Below are positions 1-16,765 of a stretch of DNA of 64,000 nt, piece after piece. The first letter of the stretch is position 1. Each line of letters starts with the position of its first letter. Where the stretch lies: the NCBI GenBank assembly GCA_012295275.1, contig CM022669.1, forward strand, positions 4,092,001 to 4,156,000. The letters run 5' to 3'. Source of the DNA: Chrysomallon squamiferum (lineage: Eukaryota; Animalia; Mollusca). The notes beneath the pieces were generated by a model. It had not been told where the DNA came from. It searched no databases and saw nothing but the letters and a program-made list of their open reading frames with translations. The position numbers were made by a program, and so were the translations under genes.

Positions 1-75
1 GTATGTACAAAATTTGTTATTATATGTTGTATATATGTTGAATTAAATGTATATTATGTTGTCGGTTCTCAGTGC

Positions 76-127
<52 letters not shown>

Positions 128-303
128 ATAAAATAATATGTAATAAAATTATGAAAATGTCTTTTTCAATCTTTTTTTTGTTCTTTTTTTCTCGAGATCA
201 ATGATATTTGACGAATCTAAATCTACTAATGCTATTACTACTGCTACTGCTACTACTACTACTTATATTGCCTCTGCTGCTACTACTACGACTACTAGGA
301 CTA

Positions 304-343
<40 letters not shown>

Positions 344-1352
344 TAAGAGATAAATGATACAAGCACAAAACAGAAAGATGAAGCATACATACAGGCGGAT
401 CTCTTAACTTAATAATTTTAATATTATTTAATTTTGTGTTACTGGTATTTAAATTTTAAAATCATTAACTGATTAGTACTGTTGATATATAAAACAATAA
501 AAATAAAAATAAAATATTTTCCACACACTGTGATTTAAGTTGTAATAACAAAAACATCTTAGATTATTTTTAACTGAAATTTTCATTCATATCATTGTTT
601 ACTTCCTGCTACATTCTTTGCATAAATGACGTCACAATTGTTTGACGTAAAACAGTAAGGATTTCTTTACGTTTCTGAATTACCAAGATGGAGTGAAATA
701 TATTAAAAGATTAAACAAATATGTTCATGGATCTAAAAACGTTGATTCTACTTAATGGTAAGTACTGTTATAACGTATATGTTTTAAACTTTTACTTAGC
801 TACAACGAAATTTAGAAAATAATCAAAATTTGTTTCTAAAACGAAGAAGAACACTCACTTGAATGAATATAATACTACGGATCAGTTTATAAAACAATAT
901 AAGCATAGTGTACGTATGTGTATGTATGTGTATGTATATGTCTGTATGTGTATGTATGTATGTGTCTGTATGTGTTTCAATGTGTTTATTTGTCAGTCTT
1001 TCTGGATGAAGTATGGTTCAAGTACTATACACTAATATACTTTATCGTTGAAATTTAATTTACCCTGTCTACACGTATTTATGAATGTATTATTTTTTAT
1101 GGTTGTATATATATGTAGGCGTTCGTCAAATAATGCATCTTACAGCTTCTGTAATAATGATCGAAAATAACCAACGAGTCGATTACGAAGCTACAATATC
1201 ATTTGTAGTTCGCTAAAATTAAATATATCATTTTATGATACATTTAGCATTTCTTAGATGTTTTCTTTCTTAATAACCCCTAAAATATGTATGTGGAGGT
1301 GTGTATGTGTGTTTGTCTATGTGTGTGAGGGTGTGTTTGTCTGTGTGTGTGT

Positions 1353-1396
<44 letters not shown>

Positions 1397-1968
1397 TCTG
1401 CATGCAGGTTCTATACTTGTGTTTGTGTGTACGTGTGAATTTGTATTTGAGTAATCACACCACACGTGAACACAGAAAAAAAAAAGAGATAAATTTAATA
1501 ATTACGTTTTTTAGTTATAGTACATATCTGAGATGTACAGAAAAAGATATCGTTGTTTGGTTTCTTTCATTTTTGTTCCTACAAACACGAATACCTTTAG
1601 CCCCTGGTACATTGTTATCTCAAGCGAAATAATCAACTGTTTGAAAATAATTCTGATTAGTGAAGCGATTTTCTGGGAAGTTGTTAAACAGCCCTTGACT
1701 ACAGTCAGAGTATCTCATTGATAACAGTACAGGTTCCTAAATAACTAGAAATCGTGACAAAGCGGATTCGTTGAGCATCAACTTGACACAGTTTTGTATT
1801 GTCGCCTGGCTGACATATTAATGCATCATGTCTTATTGAACACTTAGTAACAGGTGTCCGCATCCTGTTAATTTACTGTTCACAAAGCTAGTCGGGAATG
1901 AGAGCGTGTTTTATGTGGAATCCATACATCTGCAGATCGAACTGTACGATGTAAGTCTGGAGAGACAG

Positions 1969-2557
<589 letters not shown>

Positions 2558-2901
2558 TTAACGTGTAATGGACATCTGTAACAGGCATACATGTTTATGT
2601 ATTTTATATGTAATTCTGTATATTTCAACGCCGTGTAAAGAACAAAAATGTGTACATTTTAAGGAATATTTATTACATCTAACTATACATGTTTAGGCCG
2701 TGTTACAGCATATGTAAAATGATATAAACATTTATACATCTGAAGGCTTAGATCATTGCAATGCTTTGCCTTTTGTCTGCAGATAAAATAGAGATATTAG
2801 AAAGTAAAATATAAATATCTACAACTTGTTGCTACCTTAATTTGATCTTTTTAACGGATGCATCATTGACAAAAAAGATAAAGGTGGGTGAAGGAACAGT
2901 T

Positions 2902-4325
2902 TAATGTAATAACTGAACATGTTACTGGAACACACTAATGTAATAACTAAACATATTACTAGAATATTCTAATATAATAACTGAACATGTTACTAGAACA
3001 CACTAATGTAATAACTAAACATGTTACTAGAATATTCTAATATAATAACTAAACATGTTACTAGAATATTCTAATATAATAACTAAACATGTTACTAGAA
3101 CACACTAATGTAATAACTAAACATGTTACTAGAATATTCTAATGTAATAACTGAACATGTTACTAGATAACACTAATGTAATAACTGAACCTTTTACTAG
3201 AACACGCTAATGTAATAACTAAACATGTTAATAGAACACACTAATGTAATAACTAAACAAGTTACTAGAAAACTCTAATGTAATATCTAAACATGTTACT
3301 AGAACACGCTAATGTAATAACTAAACATTTTACTAGAATATTCTAATGTAATAACTGAACATGTTACTAGAACAGTTTAATGTAATAACTAAACATGTTA
3401 CTAGAACACGCTAACGTAATAACTAAACATGTTACTAGAACACACTCATTAATAACTGAACATGTTACTAGAACAGTTTAATGTAATAACTGAACATGTT
3501 AGTAGAACAGTTTGTGTAATAACTAAACATGTTTTAATGTAATAACTGAACATGTTACTAGAACAGTTTAATGTAATAACTGAACATGTTAGTAGAACAG
3601 TTTTAATGTAATAACTAAACATGTTACTAGAACACGCTAACGTAATAACTAAACATGTTACTAGAACACACTAATGTAATAACTGAACATCTTACTAGAA
3701 CACACTAATGTAATAACTAAACATCTTACTAGAACACACTAATGTAATAACTGAACATCTTACTAGAACACACTAATGTAATAACTGAACATGTTACTAG
3801 AACACACTAATGTAATAACTAAACATGTTACTAGAACACACTAATGTAATAACTGAACATGTTACTAGAACACACTAATGTAGTAACTGAACATGTTACT
3901 AGAACAGTTTAATGTAATAACTGAACATGTTACTAGAACAGTTTAATGTAATAACTAAACATGTTAATAGAACACTCTAATGTAATAACTGAACATGTTA
4001 CTAGAACAGTTTAATGTAATAACTGAACATGTTAATAGAACACGATAATGTAATAACTGAACATGTTACTAGAATATTCTAATGTAATAACTGAACATTG
4101 TAATAAAACACGCTAATGTAATAACTAAACATGTTAATAGAACACGCTAATGTAATAACTAAACATGTTACTAGAACACACTAATGTAATAGCTAAACAT
4201 GTACTAGAATATTCTAATGTAATAACTGAACATGTTACTAGAATATTCTAATGTAATAACTGAACATGTTACTAGAATATTCTAATGTAATAACTGAACG
4301 TGTTACTAGAACACGCTAACGTAGT
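2902..4325. repeat. 34-bp minisatellite, about 42 copies (TAATGTAATAACT[A/G]AACATGTTACTAGAACACAC and variants)
   Basis: Period read directly (TAATG at 2902, 2936, ...); variant tails ACACAC/ATATTC/ACAGTT/ACACGC. Confidence 0.95.
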
Positions 4326-6439
4326 ATATGTAAACTTAATTACTGAAACACTAAGGTGACGACACAGTCAAAGATATGACAGGTTCACTGCAGTATCACT
4401 GATATATCACAGACGTCGTGGAATCTGACCACATAATTAAACATGCGCTGCCTCGTCACAGAAGAAACACAACTGATGAAAATTTAAATGTAGGTGGCCG
4501 CTGACGGTGCTAGAATGAAAGCGCTGAGAGAAGATCAACTAATGAAGCGTGTATTTAATCACATGTTACTGAAGAACGAGCTGGTTTGCGGTACTTCGAG
4601 GTCTTTTCACCAGCCAATGACGGCCTAATGTATCTCTTTCACTGACAACAACTTGGATTTCCTTGAGAAAAAAAAAAAAAAAAAAAAAAAAATCTTGAAT
4701 AAGCTATCTCCTCTGATAATGGAATACAAGAACATTGATCCCCAACATCTTTTACACATATTGAAAAAGTTTCTGGGAATGTTCGGGCGTGTGTAGATGG
4801 TGTTTTGCAGCATCAAGTGTCCGTGGTTATTCACGAATTGAAAGTATAGTTTAAAACTTAAAGAAGAGATTTTATTTGAAAAACACCTGCGTGGAAGAAA
4901 AAAGATTATGTTTTCTTCTTAAATGGTAAGTTGATATATCTCTTATGATTCTCGTCAGTTTTCTTTTTCTGTCTTTTCTTTTTGATTATCATATTTTTTT
5001 ATTTTATTTTATTTTATTTATATTAATTTTTTTTTTCTACTTCGTCGATACTTTCTCTGTTTCGCCATCTAAAAGTTATATCATATATTTTTTTTAAATT
5101 TTGTCATGTTATTTAATTTTTTTTTCTAAGGATAAAATGGGATTTGTTTACGTTTTATTTATTTATTCATTTATTCATTCATTCATTCATTCATTCATTT
5201 ATCCATTTAGGTTTGGGTTTTTTCATTTATGTATTCATTTAGTTAGTTCGTGAGTTGTTTAATTTCTTTGTGTTTCATAATCTAAGAAACACACCTTTTA
5301 TGCTTAATTTCCATCAGATGTCGGAATACTTTTATAGTTGTTATGTTTTTTGTTTCGATTATTAGGTGACATTTTCTTTTCTTTTATTGTTTATTTGCCT
5401 GCGTAATGTTTATTTTAAATGATTTGGTTACTGCTCAGCACTACTGTAAATGTTCTTGCTATTCTAATTTTAATATTATAAATAAAGCTTAAACATGATA
5501 TTTAAAACATTATTAAATCATCAGATTAAATTCAGATGTTAAATTATTTTTGTATTTTGAATAAAATGTTAAATATTATGTTTTAAGTTTTAAAATTACT
5601 CTGTATTTATTTTATTTTATTTTGTGATTTGATTTATATTATTTATTTAATTAGTTGCCTAGCCAGTTTATTCGTAATTTTTCAATTTATTTATTTGTTA
5701 TTTATTTAGTTTATTTCCTTATTTATTTATTTATTAATTTGTTTATTCACTTACTTATTAATTAATTAATTTATTTATTCATTTATTTATTTATTCATTT
5801 ATTTATTCATTTACTCGTTTATGCACTTATTTACTTATTTATTTACATATTTATTAATTTATTTATCAGCTGACTGTTATTTTTAATTTTATTTTAGAAT
5901 TTTAGTATAAATTATATTTACGTAATTATATCTCTACTTTTGACCTTTCACTCATATTTCTTTTTACACAAATACAATTTCACAAATTCTGTTTTATTTT
6001 TAATTTCTTTCAACATATCTACATTGTATATAAGAGAATAAAATAAACCTGCCGTTTATGTCACAAAATTTTTGTAATTTAAACTTTGATCTGACTTGTT
6101 TTTTTAACATTCTGAAAATTTGCCAGCTGTTCTTTATTTATTTACTTTCATTTGCATCTTCACTATTCCCACTAAATAACTTCGAATGCGTACTGGCATA
6201 TGTACACGTGTGCGTTTTATTTGCTTTTGAAAATTTAGTTTCTATCATAAAATTATTTCTTATGAAATAAGAACGAAGCCATATGTATACACGAACACAA
6301 ACACATCCATTTACATAGACGTATTCGTACGATTTCAAATTTATTATTATTATTATTCTCATCATTGTCATCTTCATTAACTTTAATATTATTACTGTTA
6401 TTATTATTATCATTGTCATAATCATTATTATCATCATTA

Positions 6440-6853
<414 letters not shown>

Positions 6854-7257
6854 ACAGTTTTATTAAAATTGATAACAGAATTACATGTTACTGCTCCATT
6901 TTCTACTCGATGAGTTTTTCCTGTAATAAGAGCTGAAGAAAAAATTATATATATTACTGTAGCTTTATTTACGTCTGACTCCTTGAACTGGGGTTGTCTG
7001 TGATAATATTAATGTCAGTGTTTTACAGGGTTAGTTAGAAAGAGTAGAGAATATAATCATCTCAAATCTCGACAACTGGTTAAAAAAAAAAAAAAATATC
7101 TAAGGCGATATGGTCCATGCGTCTACGAATATGATTTATAAAATCCCATCCCAATCTTTGTTGTATTAATAATTATAGTTTTCACACATACATTAATACG
7201 TAGGTATATACAAAACATACTATCTAATTATGTTCATACATTCGTGCATTTATATAT

Positions 7258-7617
7258 ATCGTGGTTAAGACATTGTGTTGAAGATTGGTAAGCTGAGATC
7301 ATGTATTAGTAATATATCCTAGTAAAAAGTTACATACATAATTTATACAAAGGTACATTCATATGTAGACACACACAAACACAAAGAGCACATACGTATA
7401 CATATATGTGTATATATATATATATATACACACACAAACAGATATATAGACCTACATACATAGAGACAGAGACGCACAGACAAATAAAGATATACAGACA
7501 GACATTCAGACACACATATATACAGACAAAATATGTTAAAGAATAAGAAAATAGGATCTATTATTGAGATGTGATCTCAGCTCCTACCAGCCTTCGACAC
7601 AACGTCTTAACCACGAT
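7258..7617. mobile_element. MITE-like element: ~45-bp imperfect inverted repeats (7258-7302 / 7571-7617)
   Basis: ATCGTGGTTAAGACATTGTGTTGAAGATTGGTAAGCTGAGATCAT versus the reverse complement of GTGATCTCAGCTCCTACCAGCCTTCGACACAACGTCTTAACCACGAT; no coding capacity. Confidence 0.5.
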
Positions 7618-8019
7618 GTCGTCAACTCTTGTTAACGGTCGACAAGTGCGAACTAAAATAACTGCATAGAACTTAATACGCAAAGAGTTAATCTGACCAC
7701 ATTAATCTGACTATACAGTAGAGTAGACGATTCATGAAATTCCATTCATTTGAAATCGCTCATTAGATATTTTATTTAATTTATTTCATATGTAAAGCTC
7801 TGTGAATGAACCGTAATATCCATAATTGTCGTTTTGTTGTGGTTGCGTATGGTGTTTTTTTTTATCAGCTTTAAATACATGAGGCAAGTTTTAAATGGAA
7901 ACAGTTAAGTAACTTTGTTCAGCTAATAATATCAGTGCGTAGCAAAACTTTTTGTTTATATTATAAAGTAGTAATTAGGTTTTTATAGAGTAAAATTAGA
8001 GTAGTGAGAAATATCTAGA

Positions 8020-8102
<83 letters not shown>

Positions 8103-9276
8103 ACAGAAAAGATCATAAATAATTTTACTTTCAAATACGATTGTTGATAACGATCGATACGAAAAGAAAAACCTCTTGATAAATAAACGAAATCTTATGG
8201 AAAAGATATAAAAATAAATTCTTTCTTTAATAATTAAGTATCATCATAACGTTTTTCTTTTATATTTATTATTATTTTATTATCAATATGTAACATTCAT
8301 CTGTTTATTAGTATTAATTAAACAAGAAGAGTTGTATTTTGAATTAAACAAACTGGAAATAGCATCATCATTGACAATTTTATTTTATTTCAGGATTCTA
8401 CATAAAATAATAAGATGTACTTGGTTATTATATATTCTGATAAGTTTATGAACTTAAAACGTAGATTCACTTTAAAACTGGGACGTAACATATCATACAA
8501 AATTAAACTTAAATACTCCCGAGATTGAACCAGACAGCTATGTACCTCTTAAATAAAAGTGTAGATGTAATTAAAGAATTTCTTATCTTTATACAGAAAA
8601 AAAAAAAAAAATCAATTGTCATTGCATTTAAATATTCTTCTCTCGGGAACTCCAGTCATTTGGTGTCTATGCAAATAGTCCCAGAGTTGAAATGCTTGGA
8701 CTGAAATCAGTCCGGAACCAAAAGAGAAATCGATCTACTTTTGCTAAGATTCCGATAAACTATTTCACATATTCGATCTGAGCTGACTTACAAAGACAGG
8801 AGTTGCCAACTTCTGCTTGTTTTGCCCCGAGCCCGACTGTAAGGAACATATGTTTTATTCACACATTTCCCCGAGTTCACGTCGTAAACAGCCAATTATG
8901 CAATGCACTTCTTGCAAAATTCGCTTCAGAAATTTATTAAGGAATCTCTGTTAACAACATTTCTGTCACGATGGCAGTGTTTTCAATTATGTTTTGACAG
9001 GAGATAAAAAAAAAAGTGTAATTTTATTTGGTTTTATGTATATGTGTGTATGTGTAAAACGTGTGTGTGTATATGTATGTCATATGTTTGTATATATGTG
9101 TTATATATTTATTATTATTGATAGTTGTTTCTTTGCTTAATAATAATATACAGTATAACTATTTTATTACCACTTTTTTTAGCAACAGGTTTTCTGTATA
9201 TAACCTCATTCTGTTAAATAGACAAGCTTAGAACAATTAATAAATATATAATACCAGTTTTATTCTAAATATATAT

Positions 9277-9315
<39 letters not shown>

Positions 9316-9899
9316 ATATATATACACAGAGATTACATACTATATACATACTCTACTCGAGCATTTGACTTGTCACAAAACGAGCTGGAAATATAATAGT
9401 GCGCGGAGTTGATATAATTTACGGTAGACATTTTATTAATAGCACGAAAAAGAAGATCGTGAGAGCCGAATTACGAATATGTAAAAAGCCTGATTATTTA
9501 CTAATGAGTTTTATCGCTCTCCCAGTAACTCGCTTAATGAGCCGTGATGACGTCGTAGTTAGACGTCGGCGTGTTCACGTCTGATGTACACCGTCGTCGA
9601 ACTTCACAAAGAAACTCGCCGTAGCTGTTAATATTTTGTTAAAGAAATATATATCACTGGAGAGGATGATACAGTTGTCGACTTTTTCCTTATTTTAGTT
9701 CTTTTTGATGAGCATCGATTTTTTTTTTTCTAGTTTAGTTCAGTTTTCTGTCTTTCGTCAGACGACAGAATATTAATTTGTGAGAAAAAAAAATGAAAAT
9801 CTGTTTTTGTTTAATTACAACTGTTATATATGAATGCACATGATCTGTGTGCTAAATAATATTTCTTCTTCTTCTTTTCTTTATTATTATTATTATTAT

Positions 9900-9970
<71 letters not shown>

Positions 9971-10310
9971 GCTTACGAGATATATTATATCATATATGAT
10001 ACAAATCTTGTTAATATATGATGATTCAAAAAAGAGTTTATAACATTTTAAATTCAAATGGCGGCATTGCAATTTGACAGTTTTGGAAGATAACCAAGCA
10101 GTTCTTTTGATATTTCACATCTGTTAAATCACTCATTTATGACTTTATATGAATTCATGTTTTAGTACGCGGTATAGTGTAAGAAAGGTATCGTAAAAAC
10201 GGCAAATAATTCGTGTTTTTCAAATCTTGTCTATTAAATTAACGATACAAGTTGTGTACAGCAACGAATCATTGACAGGCCTTTTAGTCCTTTTGTGGAA
10301 ACTGGTCACA

Positions 10311-10367
<57 letters not shown>

Positions 10368-11464
10368 TTAAAATTAAATGGTACCATCTATCTTTTTTCT
10401 TATTTACTGAAACAAAATAACAATGTATGCTTTCCTTTGTCTAGATTATATACATTGTTTTTTCTTTCAATTCTGTTGTTTTGGACATGATTTTTTTTTT
10501 TTTTTTTTTATTTTTTATTTATTTTGTTGTTGTTGTTGTTGTTGCTATTGGGGTTGTTTTGTTGTTGTTGGAGTTTGATGTTTTTTTTTTTTTACAGTTT
10601 TCTAGGTCATTTTCTCATCAAGCTTACAAAACCTTACAGTCTGAAATCCGTATGCATATAGTCACGTGGTTTTATTTAATACAAATATCTGACGAAGAAC
10701 TTGAACAACTAATAAATGTAAGTGAAGCACACACTTCCATCACGAAATCAACTCGTGAATTTAGGGTGCTGGAGGTCAATGCCCGCTGCATCGGAGCATG
10801 CTTTACACACGTCAACAAATGCGTTTTTCTTTGGTCATCTGGAAGTCAGGCTGATTCCAAACAATAAGTTCACGGGCGAAGCATTCACGACTGATTTCCC
10901 TACGCAGTGGCGCTCTGCTGCAATTCTTCCGAGCCCGTGTATTTGCTGAGATTAACTAAAACTGGATTTGAAACGCCAATTAAGCGCCAGAAGTGTAAGT
11001 GAAATCAGTTTGTGAAAACCCGACGTCGACACTCCGTACACGTTACTGACATTGTGTAACTAACGAGAAGAAAATTAAATTTAGTCTTTACCCTCTTTCA
11101 TACAGTCGTTACGTAGTCGCGCTTCGCACAAAGTCTGTTTACGCTGAGTTTCAATACGTTACGAACGAATACGTCATTTTGTTAGAAAGCTTGACGAATC
11201 TCAGTAAATAGTGACAATATTATTTCGTTTCTAATGTAGCCTAAATTCTATGCTAAATTTTACAGATAGATGTATTCGTTAGTAAGCTTGTCATATTTCA
11301 GTTCGCAACAAACTAATACATCATTTTATTAATACGCTTGACGTATTTTTATAACTAGTGATACAGCTATTTCGTTTAAAACTTTTCAGGAGTTCTGTAC
11401 TAAATATATTGATATTTTCGTCACTAAGCTTGCCTGATTTCAAAACGAAATAAAGAACACATCA

Positions 11465-11580
11465 TTTTATTACTAAGATTACCGAATTTCAGTAAGTAGT
11501 TATCGTTTTATTATTAAGATTACTGAATTTCAGTAAGTAGTTATCGTTTTATTATTAAGATTACTGAATTTCAGTAAGTA
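11465..11580. repeat. 41-bp tandem repeat, about 3 copies, inside a more degenerate repeat field (about 11170-12130)
   Basis: TTTTATTATTAAGATTACTGAATTTCAGTAAGTAGTTATCG repeated. Confidence 0.85.
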
Positions 11581-12412
11581 CTATCCTTGTAATTCGGTAC
11601 TGACTTTGCTGAAGTTCTGTTATAAGTTACGCAAAGATAACTTTCTTTACTAAGATGGCCGAATTCATATGTAATCATACAATTTATAAAATTTACTTCA
11701 TCATCAACCACATCGAATTATAATACTAAAAACAGTTTCCAATGTTCGGTAACAACCTTTCAGAATTTCAGTGTTAACTAAACGTATGCTCTATGTGGTT
11801 AGAAAGCATGCAGAATTTTAATACTAAGTGATTACAGATCCTAACATGATTTTATTTTTTCCAAAGTTCTAATTAAATATTCACAGAAACATTCCTTACT
11901 AATCTTGCCTGATTAAGTTGGTAATACCATTTCCTTAACAAACCTTCAGAATTTAAATAAATAGCAACCATGTTATTTTGACATTTAATTTGACTAAGTA
12001 CTTTAATACTAAGTCAAAGATATATTCGTTTTTAAGCTTCCAAATTTTAATGCTAAACAATGACTCGAAAATTTTAATACTAAATTAACAGATGCATTCG
12101 TTTCCTTAACTTCTGAATCTGAATGCTAAATACGCACTTACATGTATAAAAACATAAGTAGGCAGACACGAACACAAATATAGTTAGACAGACAAACAGA
12201 CAATGACGTTATATTACCACATATGTTTACTGATGCATGTCTAAAACCGGGTTTCAATATTCAATATTTTTAAATGGCAGTGACGTAATATGGCAATAAC
12301 GGATATTGTTTAAACACGATATTGCACAACGAGCAAATACCAGACCAGCAGGCCCTTAGGTTATAAACTTTATTAACTTCTGTAATCTGTTTGAATTTTC
12401 CATAGTAACCAA

Positions 12413-12470
<58 letters not shown>

Positions 12471-13237
12471 CAACAGCAGCAACAACAACAACAGCAATAG
12501 TTATAGTAGTAGTAGAAGTAGTAATAGTAGAAGCAATAAAAATAATAATAAAAACAACAACAACAACCAAATGGTATTGATGATAATTATAATGATGAAG
12601 GCGGCATATAAATTATGATTTTTTTTATGATGACGAAAATAAAAGAAATAACAATAATAATAATAATTATTATTATTATAGCTACAACAACAAAAACAAA
12701 ATTTATTAAGATGACAGTGATGAATACGACGATGTTAACATACATAGCACGTCTCTGTGCTCGGGGCAAACATTTATCTCAACTGGAAATTATCTGCGAG
12801 ACTTTTTGTTCGAAGCCAGCCAGCCAACGGTAAACAGATATTTAACCGATATCAGCAGAATGTCCACTTAAAAGTCCTGGAGCCACTTTTCAAAAGAGAG
12901 GAACGGAATCTGTGATCCATATGTCGGTGAAACTTGCATCATTCTTTTTCACCCCCATTTTTTTTCTAAGAATGTTTAAAGGATTTATCAATATGAAAAA
13001 AATTCAGTCAAGTTCTACAACTATTTTCCATTAAAGACCATAAAATATATAAGGTTTCAAATTTAGAGATTTTTTAATATTAATATTTGTACTCGTACAA
13101 GTACTTTGTATCAAGGTAGATAAATAGACGGGTGTACGGACTAACCGATGGATAAAGAGAAACAAAATGAGACACAGTGAGAAATTAACTTGTAAACTAA
13201 ATAAATAACTCGGATGTTAAACGTCTATAAGTTGTTT

Positions 13238-13327
<90 letters not shown>

Positions 13328-14338
13328 GCAGATATTGTGTATCTTTTTTTTCTTTCAGCCTCTCTCTTATTTTCCTTCCGCTGTCCCTTGTGATCTGTTT
13401 AAAGTTTTAATCAGTTTGGTTTTGTTAAGGCAAATAAACCCCAGTCGTCAGAGAGTAGTGGCTGTCAACAGAAGCATCTCGTTGTTCCGCACAGCCCATC
13501 AGAACTCGGTCCACTTGGAGCGGCAATTCTAAAAGATGTCCTTTAATTAAAGGGAACGAGAGAAGAGCGATATTGATAAAAACAACATTTTCGCCCGGAA
13601 AGATCGATGCCTGAAAGGTTAGAAGATTCTCTGTGCAACAATTACCGTCTGATTTGATGTAATCTCGTTAGTAGAAATAATGCAGGGTTCCTGGAGTGAC
13701 AGACGACTGGGTCAGTCGCTGATGTTGTTTACACGACCGGCCAGTTGACCGTGTTGAAGTTAACTTAGTCGGTAATGAACAAATAGATAATACCAAATCA
13801 ACCCGATTGTACAAAAATCGCCTCGGCAAAGACATTTGTGACTGAAGCAGGTGAGATGAGGACAACTGCTCCCGTCCCAAGCAAAGCGGTGGGGAAATTG
13901 CTACCTAAGTTTGCATCTGTGTAAAGATTTCGGGCCAATCAAACCTTCTCGCCCCTCTACTTTGTCCAAAAATCCTCAAACACCAATGAAGAAAAGTTAA
14001 TGTCGAATGTGTGTGTTCCATTATAAAAGATATTTTTGAATAGTAATATTTTATGCCGAACACTATGTAATTATTTTGTTTTTGCATTGGATTATCCGGG
14101 ATGCGTGATATTTCGAAACTGTTTTGTAACCTGAAAATCGAATATCGTGTAATAACGAGTGTTATGTTGTAATCAGTGTTGTCACAGAATGCATGGACTT
14201 TGTGCAAAAATAATTATTTAAAAATGAGATATTTTTAACTTTACCTGTGCTAATTTCATACAATTTAGTTGTTTTCAGAAAGCAAAAATTTTAAGTAAAT
14301 AAACTTCTAACAGATTTTAAATACAACTGAATATGTAT

Positions 14339-14381
<43 letters not shown>

Positions 14382-15357
14382 TTCGTTTGTTTTTTGGATC
14401 GTTTATTGGTTTGTTTCAGTTTTTTTTTTTTTTTTTTTTTTTTCTTTCCAGATCTTGAGTAAAATATTTGATTAAATTGACTGATAATATCACGTCTATT
14501 TCTAAACTAATATATTTAACAGTTGCGAAAATAACCATAAATCTTTTCCATTCTTTTTTCTTTCTTTCTTATAAACATCTCTTACTCAAAATTGTACTCA
14601 ATTTTTCAGCTGTTCGAAACTCGCTCTGGCAGCTCAATAAAATTTATTTTCAAATTCGTATCCTTCTTTCAAATTCATACGACGAAGACTCTCAGAAAGA
14701 AAAAAAAAAAAAAAAAAAAATCAACATTAAAAGTGATAGCAGTGAAGTCTTTGGCATGTGACCTCCCATCCTGAACTCCTCCAGAGACAATCGCCCCAGT
14801 TCTAGTAAAAGCGTTTGTTCTTTTCTGATACTTGTATTTGCATTCGTCATTATGGGTCGGCGCCAGTTGAAAAAGTCGAAATGATTTCGCAGTAAAATCT
14901 ACGAACAGATCAAACGCAGTTTTGATGGAATTAGTTTTGTGCTCTGGCGCATTTTTGTAGGTTGGTAATTTCTTTACAAGCCAGCGTGGAAGATGGTTCT
15001 GAAGCAAATGTTTACTTGACAGATGAACACACATCTTGTTTCAACATCCGATAGACTTTACAGTCTATCAAAAGTTCAACAGTTCTAGAAACATAATTAG
15101 AAAACGATCTTTTTCACGTCTTTGTTCGTAGATAATAATTGCTGAAATAATAGCAGTGGTGTAGGTAGGAGGTGTTAGTAGTAATAGTAAAATGAAGTAG
15201 TAATAGAAGTAATGGTAGTAGTAATAGTAGTACGAGTGGTGGTGTTAGAAATGGTAGTAGAAATAGGGATAGTAGTAATAATGGTAGATGTAGTAGCAAT
15301 AGCGGAGTAGTAATAATTGTAACGATAGCAGTTTTTGTGGCCGTTGTAAAAGATTGT

Positions 15358-15476
<119 letters not shown>

Positions 15477-15619
15477 TTAATTTTTCTTTTAAATAACATA
15501 AATTTTACATGTCACTGACATTTTGAACTCTATGTCATTACCCGTGTATGTTTTTATTTATTTACTTCGTTAACTGCGTGATTTCAGTTATTTACCTTTT
15601 ATTAAAAATTCGAAAGACC

Positions 15620-15624
15620 AAAAG

Positions 15625-15670
<46 letters not shown>

Positions 15671-15780
15671 AAAAAAAAAAAAGAAAGGGGAAAAAGGAAA
15701 AGAAAGAAAGAAAATGAAAAAAAAAAAGGAAAAGAAACAAAGAAAAGGAAAAAAAGGAAAAGAAACAAAGAAACAAAATA
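15620..15780. repeat. Poly-A / purine-rich low-complexity tract
   Basis: Direct reading. Confidence 0.9.
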
Positions 15781-16295
15781 CTTTCATTGTATTATATCAT
15801 TGAAGATGACATTTACTAATAATTTTCGTAACCGCTTTTCTGATAATACTGGAAATCGGAATTTCTAAAAGCACACAAAGTTCCAAATACACAAAATGCG
15901 GCATCAGAACATACTTTTATTTACATTTGTTTGCTTTTGTGGTGCTGAAAAAAACACAAAAAAAACACCCCATTAAAAAATGTGTTTATCCAAACTAGGA
16001 TAAACCGATTTAGCTAGCTCTTTTACAAGCTCAACCTTATAATATTGTCAGAGACCCTGTTGAAGTAATTGTCGTTTTGTCGATACGTACAGCGTTAAAG
16101 CTTTGTCCTGGCTAAAACAGATTTTCGATTTCACTCAAACCCTATTCAGCAGACAGCTTACTAAAATGGCTTATTCAAAGATCTGATTACGAAGTGAAAT
16201 TCTAGTGCGCAGAACATAAATATGTTGTTTGCCATCCATTCTGTCTTTCCCTACATACATACCTACATCTCAACTTTCAGATGTGTATGTGTTTG

Positions 16296-16296
<1 letters not shown>

Positions 16297-16332
<36 letters not shown>

Positions 16333-16343
16333 GCCTGTCTGTT

Positions 16344-16375
<32 letters not shown>

Positions 16376-16377
16376 AC

Positions 16378-16433
<56 letters not shown>

Positions 16434-16615
16434 GTCTATCTATCTGTCTATCTGTCTATCTATCTATATATATCTATCTACGTGTCTGTCTGTCTATGTC
16501 TATCTATCTATCTATATATCTATCTATCTATATATCTATCTGCATATCCTGTGTATCTGTCTGTCTGTCTGTCATATATATCTAACTACGTATCTGTCTA
16601 TCTATCGATCTACTG

Positions 16616-16652
<37 letters not shown>

Positions 16653-16731
16653 CCTATATGTCTGCCTGTCTGTCTGTCTGTCTGTCTGTCTATATATCTA
16701 ACTACGTATCTGTCCATCTATCGACCTATTG

Positions 16732-16765
<34 letters not shown>
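16297..16765. repeat. (TCTA)n/(TCTG)n tetranucleotide microsatellite
   Basis: Direct reading. Confidence 0.95.

Noticed and set aside
2902-4325. CRISPR-like array
   Set aside because: Eukaryotic context, no unique spacers and no cas genes; it is a head-to-tail minisatellite
10481-15034. Non-repetitive ORFs at 10481, 13668, 13905 and 14675
   Set aside because: No motifs or consistent splice signals; more likely CpG-rich non-coding islands
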